This document shows, piece by piece, positions 28,564-38,800 of a stretch of 52,016 bases of DNA. The notes beneath the pieces were generated by a model. The model was not told the origin of the DNA. It did no database searches and saw only the letters and a list, made by a program, of their open reading frames with translations. A program made the position numbers and the translations under genes. The DNA comes from a virus (lineage: Duplodnaviria > Caudoviricetes). How positions within the stretch are numbered: the stretch's first letter is position 1; each line of letters opens with the position of its first letter. The stretch spans positions 1 through 52,016 of IMG/VR virus record IMGVR_UViG_3300030380_004731; one strand, given 5' to 3'.

Positions 28564-28792
28564 GTTAAAGAAATGGAGAGATGAGAAGTGGGTTCGTATA
28601 GGAACTGATGGTTCAATACTTGGAGCATGTGGCACGAGTAAGAATAAAAAAAATCCTGACAGATGCTTACCTTTGAATAAAGCAAAGAGTATGACTAAAG
28701 CTGAAAGGGCATCGACAGCTAGAAAGAAAAAGAAATTTGGTAGGACAAGACAATTTGTGTCTAATACCAAAGCAGGAAAAGTAACAAGATGA
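28556..28792 (+). CDS. Small basic Cys-containing protein (DUF5872-like motif)
   Basis: LKKWRDEKW...CG...RCLP; family recalled from motif only. Confidence 0.55.
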   Translation: MGELKKWRDEKWVRIGTDGSILGACGTSKNKKNPDRCLPLNKAKSMTKAERASTARKKKKFGRTRQFVSNTKAGKVTR

Positions 28793-29085
28793 TGAAAGCA
28801 GATAAATCAAAGATGGCTTGTAATAAAGTTAGACCATCATACAAGCGAGGGAAGAAGAAGATGGTTAAAGCCTGTGAAGGTGGCAAAGAGAAACTTATTC
28901 ACTTTGGTGCTAAGGGATATGGACACAACTATTCAGATGCTGCAAGAAAAAGTTTTAAGGCACGACACAAATGTAGTACGGCTAAGTCAAAGTTAACTGC
29001 AAGGTATTGGGCGTGTAAAAATTTATGGGCAGGAAAGGGTGGCTCAACAAAGAGCTCTCCTTCAACAAGACAAGGTAAATATTAA
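28789..29085 (+). CDS. Small basic Cys/His protein (DUF6321-like motif)
   Basis: KLIHFG...RKSFKARHKC...ARYWACKNLW; family recalled from motif only. Confidence 0.55.
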   Translation: MMKADKSKMACNKVRPSYKRGKKKMVKACEGGKEKLIHFGAKGYGHNYSDAARKSFKARHKCSTAKSKLTARYWACKNLWAGKGGSTKSSPSTRQGKY

Positions 29086-29088
29086 AAT

Positions 29089-29937
29089 ATGTCACAAGAA
29101 TATACATTAACATACAGTGAGAGTGCAGGAGGGTTTCCTTCTTTTTATTCATACATTCCTGAAAAAATTATAGGAATGAATAACTATCTATATACTTTTA
29201 AGCAAGGTAACTTATATAGACATAATGTTAATGCAGCTAGAAACACATACTACGGAACATACGTTGCTTCTACAATCACCTCTGTATTTAATGCTAGTTC
29301 ATTAGAGAATAAGTTATTTAAAACAATAAGCCTTGAGTCAGATGATGCGTGGAAGGCTGCGTTAAGTACTGACATTCAGATTGGTGCAAACATAGATAGC
29401 ACATTTTTTGAAAAGAAAGAGGGGGCTTGGTATGCGTACATTAGAAATGTATCATCACCTTATGTAGCTCCTGCGGCAGCTAGTGAGTATGATCTGCGTT
29501 CACTTAATGGTATAGGAAATAGTAGTAATATTCAGGCAGGTGTTCCTGCGGCAGGATCAGCTACTATCTCATTTGCTCTTACGACAAATATCGGAAGCAT
29601 TCTAAGTATAGGTGATTATTTTTATTATGCTCCTCTTGTAGCCCCGGGTCCACCTCCAACTCATAGTGCACCTGTATATGTAGGGCAGGTTACTGCTATT
29701 AATATAAATTTAAGTGGTGGTATTAATGATGTGATTATAGATACTTCTCCTCCTCCTCCTTCAGGAGGAACTCAACCATTGCCTGCAAATCCTGCTTTCT
29801 TTTTGTATATCAAGAACTTAGTAGCTGAGTCACATGGTATATTAGGTCACTATTGTGAGTTTACTTTAACCAATGAAAGTACAACCGCTACAGAATTATA
29901 TGCAGTAGAAGCACAGGTAATGAAAAGTTATCCTTAA
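29089..29937 (+). CDS. Separately encoded C-terminal part of muzzle/stabilisation protein
   Basis: TLTYSE...FPSFYSYIPE, YTFKQGNLYRHN, VFN...KLFKTISLES, FEKKEG, ELYAV motifs usually ending the muzzle protein. Confidence 0.6.
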   Translation: MSQEYTLTYSESAGGFPSFYSYIPEKIIGMNNYLYTFKQGNLYRHNVNAARNTYYGTYVASTITSVFNASSLENKLFKTISLESDDAWKAALSTDIQIGANIDSTFFEKKEGAWYAYIRNVSSPYVAPAAASEYDLRSLNGIGNSSNIQAGVPAAGSATISFALTTNIGSILSIGDYFYYAPLVAPGPPPTHSAPVYVGQVTAININLSGGINDVIIDTSPPPPSGGTQPLPANPAFFLYIKNLVAESHGILGHYCEFTLTNESTTATELYAVEAQVMKSYP

Positions 29938-29944
29938 AATTTCT

Positions 29945-29952
29945 TATCTTTG
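29945..29952 (+). promoter_or_regulatory. Bacteroidota -7 element (TATCTTTG)
   Basis: Intergenic, 7 nt before ATG 29960. Confidence 0.6.
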
Positions 29953-29959
29953 TGTGTAA

Positions 29960-30370
29960 ATGCAATTAAATATAATACCACTCGAACATCATCATTACGA
30001 TACAGTGCTTGTGCAGTGGTGGAAAGATTGGGGTTGGGTTCCGCCTAAGCGTGATTTTTTACCTAACGATGGCACAGGAGGAATGATGGTATTAGATGGA
30101 AAGATTCCTGTTTGTGCAGGGTTTATGTACGCCACCAATTCTAAAGTAGCTTGGGTGGATTGGATAATCTCAAACAAGGAATATAAAGATAGAGTAAAAA
30201 GAAAAGAGGCTTTAATGTTATTAATAGATACCATAACTAATGTATGCAAGAACACAGGCTTTAAATATTCTTATGCTCTAATTAAACACAAGGCATTAAT
30301 AAAAACATATGAGGAGTTGGGATATACAAAGGGAGATGAGTACAATTCAGAAATGATAAAAGCATTATAA
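29960..30370 (+). CDS. GNAT-fold protein (position equivalent to T7 gp13)
   Basis: GMMVLDGKIPVCAGF..VAWVDWII...LIKTYEELGY pattern; between tail and ejection genes. Confidence 0.55.
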   Translation: MQLNIIPLEHHHYDTVLVQWWKDWGWVPPKRDFLPNDGTGGMMVLDGKIPVCAGFMYATNSKVAWVDWIISNKEYKDRVKRKEALMLLIDTITNVCKNTGFKYSYALIKHKALIKTYEELGYTKGDEYNSEMIKAL

Positions 30371-30371
30371 T

Positions 30372-30983
30372 ATGGCAGCAGTAACAACAGCAGTGATAGG
30401 AGGGGTAACGGCAGGAGCAGGAATCATTCAAGGTTTTCAACAAAACAAATTAGCTAAACAAGCAGCCGTTGCTGCTGAGAAGTCAATGGCTGAAGCAAAA
30501 AAGAACATTGGTATTATTGAGAGTGAGGCTCGTACCATTCCTACTTTAGCTACAGAAAATTTACGTAGACGTTCAGACTTACAATCGGAAGCAATATTAT
30601 CAGCAGCACAAGCAGCCGATCCAAGAGGTCTTGCTGCAGTAGCAGGACAACTTGCTCAAGCTCAAACTGAAAGAGAAGCTAATATAGCGGCTAAAGAAGA
30701 ACAGCAACTACTTGATATTGAGAAGGATGTGATATCTGAAAAGAAAGCTAGAAACCTACAATTAGCTGATATTGATTTAGCTGAGTCGGCTAGACAAAGA
30801 CAAGAGCAGATGGCAGCAAGAGAAGCAGCTATGGGTGCTTTCCAAGGTGCTTTAGGATCAGTTGCAGGAACAGTTGGTGCGATAGGCGATATTCAAAATC
30901 AAGAAGCTCTTATGGATTTAGAACAATTCAAAGCGGATACTGATAGGTTGGCAGCAAGCGGATTATACGCAAAAAATAAATAA
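30372..30983 (+). CDS. Putative internal virion/ejection protein
   Basis: Ala/Gly hydrophobic N-terminus, Ala/Gln coiled coil, second Gly/Ala segment; podovirus gp14-like position. Confidence 0.55.
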   Translation: MAAVTTAVIGGVTAGAGIIQGFQQNKLAKQAAVAAEKSMAEAKKNIGIIESEARTIPTLATENLRRRSDLQSEAILSAAQAADPRGLAAVAGQLAQAQTEREANIAAKEEQQLLDIEKDVISEKKARNLQLADIDLAESARQRQEQMAAREAAMGAFQGALGSVAGTVGAIGDIQNQEALMDLEQFKADTDRLAASGLYAKNK

Positions 30984-30992
30984 CAATTTATA

Positions 30993-32351
30993 ATGGCAAA
31001 GACAAACAACACAAATCCTAGAAGCTACAAGAGAACAGTAGATTGGGGTGCTATAGGTAAGCAGTTTACTGATGCTATCGTGGATACAAAGACCAAGCAA
31101 ACTGAGACAGCAAAGAAAGGCTTTGAGGCACAGAAAGAACGCACCAAAGTAGAGAAGGAGAGAGAGGATAAAAGACGAACATATGCAGAAGAAGAAGCGG
31201 CTTATGAAGGTAAAGCACTAGCAGAAAGATCACAGGTAAGAAGTGTGTTTGCACATACTCCAAGCCTTCAGCAGATAACATTGGATATTACAAATAAGGC
31301 TGTGAAAAAAAGAAATGATATGTATGAGCAGTTTAAGAAAGGTAATATTAGTGAAAGGGATTGGTTGGTTACAAGGCAAAATGTAACAGATGGCTTTAAG
31401 ACATACTTTGGTTTAGTTAAAGATTATGGTGCTGTAAAAGAAAACGCTGAAAAATCAATAGCTGCAGGAGGATCTCCGGCTATTACAAGTTATTTTGTAG
31501 GTCAGCTTGAGTCATTGCAAAATACAGAGAACCTAAACGTATCATTCACAGACAATGGACAATGGAATGCTAATTATGAAAATGGTGCTGACAACAACAA
31601 AAAAACCACTATTCCTTTAGCACAGTTAAATGTTTTTGGTAGGGTAAACTTTGATGGTTTCAATGTTGAGGAGGTAGCTTCTAATATAGATAAACAAATA
31701 GGAACGACATTAAAAAGAACTAAAAGGTCACAAACACAAGGGAAGGTGTATGGAAAAAAATTAGAGTTGTTACTTACAGAAAAACTAGAAGGACCTGCTA
31801 ATGCTCCTACCACAGCCGCACTTATTATGGATACATTGAATGGTACAGAATATAGTCCTGAAGGTGGTTTTAAGTTGGTAATGGATGAAGATGAATACAC
31901 TGAGGATGGAAACAATATTTTAATTGTAACAGACACAGAAACAGGAGTTCCTACATTTCAGATACCTAAGAACGCCATGGCAAGTGCAAGAGAGTATTTA
32001 TCTGAAAGAGTTAAGAATCTTGAAAATAGCAGCTACCAATACTTACCGGGTTCTAAACCAAATAAGTCATATAAAATGACACCTCTTGACTATAACAAGA
32101 AATCACAGATCATAGAGATTAGGGACTTGTTACAGGATCAGGCAGAGTTTTATGATGCTAGTAAATTAGAGCAAGGGCTTACTAAAATATTTGGTGGTGA
32201 AGATTTTGAAGTTCCAACAGAAGAAGAGATAAGACAGCAGGGAGCGGTAATTAAAACAATAGTGGATGATAAAATGTTTGAAAAAGGATTGGGATCTACC
32301 ATAAAAATAAGGAACGGAAAAGTTTCAATAGGCTCAGGGAAATTAGATTAA
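30993..32351 (+). CDS. Putative internal virion/ejection protein
   Basis: 452 aa helical protein between the small ejection gene and the giant gene. Confidence 0.5.
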   Translation: MAKTNNTNPRSYKRTVDWGAIGKQFTDAIVDTKTKQTETAKKGFEAQKERTKVEKEREDKRRTYAEEEAAYEGKALAERSQVRSVFAHTPSLQQITLDITNKAVKKRNDMYEQFKKGNISERDWLVTRQNVTDGFKTYFGLVKDYGAVKENAEKSIAAGGSPAITSYFVGQLESLQNTENLNVSFTDNGQWNANYENGADNNKKTTIPLAQLNVFGRVNFDGFNVEEVASNIDKQIGTTLKRTKRSQTQGKVYGKKLELLLTEKLEGPANAPTTAALIMDTLNGTEYSPEGGFKLVMDEDEYTEDGNNILIVTDTETGVPTFQIPKNAMASAREYLSERVKNLENSSYQYLPGSKPNKSYKMTPLDYNKKSQIIEIRDLLQDQAEFYDASKLEQGLTKIFGGEDFEVPTEEEIRQQGAVIKTIVDDKMFEKGLGSTIKIRNGKVSIGSGKLD

Positions 32352-32381
32352 TCCTGAATAAATTAATTTATGTTTTAAATA

Positions 32382-32801
32382 ATGGATGAATTAGAAAAAC
32401 TATATAGAACTCTAAGAGAGGAAGGTTATTACACCAAATCATTTAGTGAGTTTAAATCTCAATGGGATGATGGTGAATATAAACAAAAAGTTTTTGATGT
32501 CGTTTCTAACGATGGTCTATATACAAAAGACTTTAATTCTTTTACTACTCAATATGGAGGAGGAAATGTTATGCAGGATTTATCTGTAGTGCAAGAGGTT
32601 GAGGCTGAAGTTCCTGTTGCTGAAAAGGCAGGTACTATTATTGATTTTTCAAGATTTAAAAAAAAAGACAATACGGAATCAGTATCGGCAAATGGTTCAT
32701 CGGCATCACCAAAACTTACTACAGTTGAGGAATTTAAAGAGATGTATATGGGTAAAAGTGACCCCATAACAGTAGAAGAAGCAAGTAAAAAATTCTCTTA
32801 A
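32382..32801 (+). CDS. Probable N-terminal part of the giant virion protein, one base out of frame
   Basis: Internal repeat (YYTKSFSEF / LYTKDFNSF); removing one A from A6 at 32787-32792 fuses it to 32833..41217. Confidence 0.6.
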   Translation: MDELEKLYRTLREEGYYTKSFSEFKSQWDDGEYKQKVFDVVSNDGLYTKDFNSFTTQYGGGNVMQDLSVVQEVEAEVPVAEKAGTIIDFSRFKKKDNTESVSANGSSASPKLTTVEEFKEMYMGKSDPITVEEASKKFS

Positions 32802-32832
32802 AACTGCAGAAGAACAGGCGACCTACTCCAAT

Positions 32833-35800
32833 ATGGATGACGAAACAAAAGGCACATACAATGTTTTATCAGATGAAATAAATAGACTTCAAACAAAACT
32901 AAACGATCAACTCAAACAACCCTCTAATCCTTTTCAAGAGCAGTCTATTGCTAAAACTAAAGAGCAGTTAACTTTTAATAAAAAAACAAGAGAGCTACTA
33001 TATAATCAAAACAAACCTGTTGATCCTATACTTGGGCCACAAGATGATGTAAATTGGTTTAGTGAAAGTGTAGAGAAAATAGTTAACCCAAGATTAATAG
33101 GGGGCGAAGGGTCATTGTCGGGAGGTATAGAAGAAACAGTAGTATCTCAATTAAATTACACCTTTGGTGATTATGGTTTTAAATTTGAAGAGGCAGATTA
33201 CTTGGGTGATGGTATGAATGTATCCACTGCTACAGGTGAAAAGATCTATATTGACTTGGATAATTTTACAGATGCCAATGATAAAAAAGAATCCGAGAAA
33301 CTAAAAAAGTTTTTATACGACAATAAAAGATCTAGTGAGCTTGCATATTCTATGGATAAAGGCCCTATAAACAAAACCAAGAAATATAGAAACGAGAAAG
33401 AGCTGCAGCGTGAGATGAAAATGTTTCAATATAAAACAAATGAATTTGAAAAAAAGACTCAATCCTTTATAGATAAAAAAACATCCTTTGATGAAAAAGT
33501 AAAAGAATTTAAAGACAAGGTTCAACAAGAGGGTGCTACTGAAGCTAATATTTTATTGCAAGAAAAACTTATTCAAGAGGAGAAAGAGTTAAATAAAGAG
33601 TCTAATATCCTGCAACAAGAACACAATAATTTTTCAGAAAGAGGACAGGAGATAGATAAGCTCACAGCAGAATATTATAATGTTCTTGCAGATAGAGGAG
33701 GTTTCCTTGGGATTACAAAGTCTATGTTTACGGAAGGAGTGGGAGAGATAGTGGCAGGGGCAGTAGAGATAGGTAGAATGCTACCTGAAATAGTAGATGA
33801 TTCTCTAACATTTATTTCAGGTAATGCCTTGAAAGGTTTAGGGTATGTTACAGGACAAGAGATTGTGATGGATGATTTTAATATCATTCCGAGTTCATCC
33901 CTTATAGATAACTATGACTATTATCTTTTAGAGGCAGCAAAAGAAAAAGGATACAAAACTATTGAGGAGCTTCCTATAAATGTTAGAAATGAAATAGACC
34001 GAAAACTTAGGGATAAAGCAATTAAGACACAGTTATATGGAAAGAAAGGACAAAGCAATCCTTACTCTCAATATACCAATCAGTTATTGAAAGACAGAAG
34101 TGGAGGCGTATTAGATAATATAAGAGAAGGTTTTAGAACAGCATTAGGAGAGACATCAACAAGACAGTATGATGAAGACTTTCAAAACTCATGGTTAGGT
34201 CAAGTGTATGCAGGAACTATTAAGTCTATGCCTGCTATCTTATCCTTGTTTTTAAATCCTGTATCAGCCGGAACTAAAGCAAGTACAATAGCAAAGAGAG
34301 CGTTGAATCCAAAAGAAAGTTGGGCATTGATATTTCAATCTCAAGATGCTATCAATAATCAAATGAATACTGCTGAGTTTGAGGATGTAAGTGAAACAGA
34401 GAAGCTAGCGGTTTCAGTTCCTCTTGCTTTAACCACTGCTACCTTAGAGAATATTGGGTTTAGAAATATGAGTAAGTTAAAAGGTTTTAGTAATGGTATA
34501 TTATTAAGAGCTCTAAGTAAGACCGGAGGTAAGAAAGTGGCAGCTAAAACATTTGAACAAATAGTTAAGAATGAAGTTAAAAGTTTAACAGCAAAAGGAC
34601 TTCTTACTATGGGTGCTATGGGAGCGGCTGAGTTTGAGACAGGTCTTGCTCAAGAGTTTGCAGACGTTACAGTTAAACAAATTTACAATTCAGTTAAAGG
34701 ATCTGAAATGTTTAAGACTCCTGAATCATTAGCTGAATACACTTTGCAGTTATTAAATAGTGGTGCTCAAGAAGCAGTAGGTGCACAAATTTTAGGTGTG
34801 CCCAAAACTATTTCTGTGTTGGCAAGTAAAAATGATTTGAAATCTGCTGATAATGCGACATGGAATTTATTTACTAACTTAAATAACAAGCCTACGTTTT
34901 TAAATTTATTTGAAGAGCATTTAAAAGTAGAGGTTGCTAGTAAAAGAATGAATGCTGTAGAAGCTAAAAGGGTTTTTGAAACTTATAAGAATACTACTCA
35001 GGCTTATGAGCAAATACCAAAGGATATGTCACGTGAGGCTCAGAAAGAATCTGTTGATTTGATAATGAGAAGACAAGTATTAGAAGAAAGTAAAAGAGAT
35101 AAGAACCCTAATCTTGTTGTGCCTATTGACAATGAGATACAGGCAATAGACAATAGGTTAAAAGAAATATCAGAACAAGATGCCGTTCAAAAGCAAAGCA
35201 CAGGAGAAGTGGATGCGGATCAACAAGCCGCGGATGCACAAACAGTGGAGACAGGAGAATCCACAACAGAGTCTCAAGAACTTACCGGAGAGAAACGCCA
35301 AGATCAGGAAGCAGATGCAGTCGAAGGGGTAACACAATTTACTCAAGAGCAAGTTGAAGAAATCAATGCTTTACCTGATGAAGAAGCTCAAACATTTACC
35401 ACTTCATCTTTAGAAGAAGTTCCTGCTGAATTTAGAGACAGGGCTGAGTTAATAGGTGAAACGAAAGTAACAAAGAAAATTTTAGGATTGCCTATAGGTA
35501 AAACAACGACTACTCAACAATACAGATACGAGGTAACAGGGAAAGAATTAAAAGACTTTGTAAATTCAACATCAGCACAAGTTACCACACAACAACAAGC
35601 AGAGACAGTAACGACTCCTGTTGCTGAAGAGGTAGTAGAGGAGACACCTGTTGAAGAAGCAAATAAAAAAGTAGAAGAGCTTTTAAATGAAACCAAAGAA
35701 ATAATAGAACTTTCTAAGACGAGAAAAAGACCCTTGATGGAAAGGGTTGCAGGTACAAGATTTGATTTTGATTTTAATAATGAACTTGAGAAGCAAATCA

Positions 35801-38800
35801 ATAAGCTGCAGTATGTAGGAGGATTATCAGAACTTCGATTAGATACTTATGATGAATTAAAAGAGTGGTTTGTTGATAACAAATTAGATAATAAAGATTA
35901 TGTAAAGTTTTTGCGTGCATTTAAAAAGCTGTATAAAGCTCAATTAAAGTTAAGGGAGGATAAACTAAAAAATCTTGACAAGCTTGGAGCGAGGTTTGAA
36001 GACGTAGTAATCCGAGGTGTTATAAACCCAATACTTAGACAAGGTGCTGACACAAGAACAGAAGATATTGCCGAGGCAAAAGAAATAATATCAGACCTGC
36101 AAAATGAAATACAAACTGTAGATGAGATAATAAATGATGAGGTTTCTTCAGGCGAGACTTTTGAAGAGGTAGTAGAGGAAGCTCCTGTTACTGAAGAGGT
36201 AGTAGAGGAAGCTCCTGTTACTGAAGAAGTAGTAACTGAAGAAACCCCTACTACACAGAAAGCAGATGAGATAGCAGTAGAAGATGTAGAGGGACAAGCG
36301 GCAGTTGAGCAAGCTGCTATTGAAGAGCAGATGGACCTACAAGAGTTAATGGAGCTTGCTGAAAACACCTTAGAAATTGAGATCCCTAAGAAACAAAAGA
36401 TTGCAATACTACAACAAGAGCTAGAAAATTTAATAGAACAAAAAGAGATTCTTGAGCAAAGCCCTGAGTATCAGATAGCTGAGTTAATGCCAAAGATTTT
36501 ACCTGAGTCGGCACGTACAGAGACAGGAGGCAAAGTAGGAACAAAGCAAGATGTGTCTATAGGTCTTACAAGTAAAAAAGGGGTGATTGTAGAGGATGCT
36601 GCAAAGGACCTTGTTCCGGGCTTGAGAGATGTTATAGGCTACAATTTAGATGAAAAAACCATTAGAAATGTTATTATTGATGTTTTAGATAAGGGTAAGA
36701 AAAAATATCAACAAGAGATATTAGGTAATGTTAATGAGAGCATAAGAGATACAAAGCAAGAGATAACTGCTACTAAGAAAGGAACTAAGCTAAGAAAGAA
36801 AAGAAAGGGACAGGCTGTCGAGGCAGGAGTACAAGAAGAAATAGATAATGTGATTAAAATATTACAAAAATCATTTCCATCAGTTACTGTATCTCAAACG
36901 CAAGAAGCGTTTAACGAAGCATTAAAAGAGGAAGGTGTAAGAAGACATCAGTCAGGAGGCACTACTATACTTGGTATAACTAAAGATGGTAAGATAATAC
37001 TTAATCCAAACAATCAGTCAATGGCTACTGCCATACATGAGTTTGGTCACGTATGGATGGACTACCTTAGAGCTGAAGAGTCAGGCACAAAAGGAACGGT
37101 GCTTCTTAACAGAGGGATGAAGCTAATGGATGATCCTACCAACCCTTACTACAAGCAAGCGTTAAAAGAATATGGTGAGTATGATAGTGATGGCAACCTA
37201 ACCAATAAGGACTTGGTGTTAGAGGAGGCTTTGGTTGAAGCAATGGCAAACAAAGGAGAGTCATATGTAAAGGCAGCTAAGAAATCAAAATTCATGTCAT
37301 GGTTAAAGTCATTGTTTAAGTTTGTTAAAGCAAAGCTAACACGATCAAAAGATCTTGATGTAAACAAAATAAAAGACCTGAGCTTAGATGAGTTTATTGA
37401 TGTAGGTATAGCTGATTTATTTTCAGGTAAGGAGGTAAGTATAAAGTTTAATCCTACTATAAATAAAAAGGAGGCAAGAGCAAGAGCTATAAAAAACGGG
37501 GAAAAATTTGTAAAGGAGGCAAGAGCATTAGGAAAAAAAGATGCACAAATTGCTCAAGTGTTAAAGACGTTTGGATTAGAACAAAAAGATATTGACAGCC
37601 TGTTAGGTGTAAAGAAAGAAAAGAAAGCAACTGTAAAAAAACCACCTTCAGTAGCTAAAATATTAGGTAAGCCAAAACCTAAAAAGGTAACGGCAAATGA
37701 AATAACATTGCTCAAAGAAAAGCTGAGAGCCATTGCAAAAGAAACAAGAAGTGTAGGGGCAGCAGTAAATAAAATACGTAAAGAGTTACAGCGTGAGATA
37801 GCACAAATAGGTAAGGGAAGAAAGGTAGAGCTTTCACCTGCGATAGTAACTAAGATAACCTCACGTATTAATAAAGCAAAGTTATTTACTAAAGAAGGAA
37901 CGCTTAACAATGAGATGGTTGATGATATCGTTCAGTACATTGATGAGCAATACACTACCCTTGAGAGGAAAAAAGAAAATGTAGCTCTTAACAAAAAGAG
38001 AAAGACAGCATTAAAAAATATTATGTCCGGCAAGTTGGGAGTGCCAAAAGTAATAACGAGACAAATGCAAAGATTGTTTGCGGCAGATTCCATTCTTATT
38101 CCTAACTCATCTTTAAATAAATATAAAGCTCTAGTCGAATCCATAGGAGAAAGAACTAGCGTTTTAACAGTGGATGAAGTATCACAAGTAGAAAGACAAG
38201 TTGATTCTATATTAAAAGATCTTGACTTCAGAACATCTCAAATAGATATATATGCTGAGATGTATAAAGACTATGATAAAAAAGTAAAGAATGCTGATGG
38301 AAATATTAGCTATTCTAAAACCATAGATAAGATGGTGGATGATGCTGAACTTAATTTATCTACCGAAGATGCTGCACTAATGAAGAAGTTTAAAAAAGAA
38401 ATACTTCCTCCGCCTGAACCAAAAACTAAAGAAGAAAAACAAAAAGAAGAAGAAGAGGCAGCAATAGAAAAAGAGTTGTTTCTTGAAGAGATTGGAGAGT
38501 TGAGTATAAAATCAGACAAGCTAACAACTAGGGATGAGAGAAAGGTTGCTAATAAATTAAATAAACTTATAAAAACAGACGGAGTAAAAGACCTTAGCAA
38601 CAATGATTTAAAAAAATTAATAAAGATCATTGACAATATAAATAACGGATGGCTTCCTCACCTATCACAAATAATGGTAGAGAAGATCAATAGTAATAAT
38701 AGATCTAAAATAGTTTCATCAGCTCTCCGAGCAGCTAAAGTATTTAGTCCTCTTCAACAAGCTAAAAAATTAAGAGCCTTACTTAATTCTCAGCTAAGTC

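Noticed and set aside
36162-36234. CRISPR array or DGR template/variable repeat
   Set aside because: Repeats are contiguous and in-frame with no spacers; no cas or reverse transcriptase gene seen
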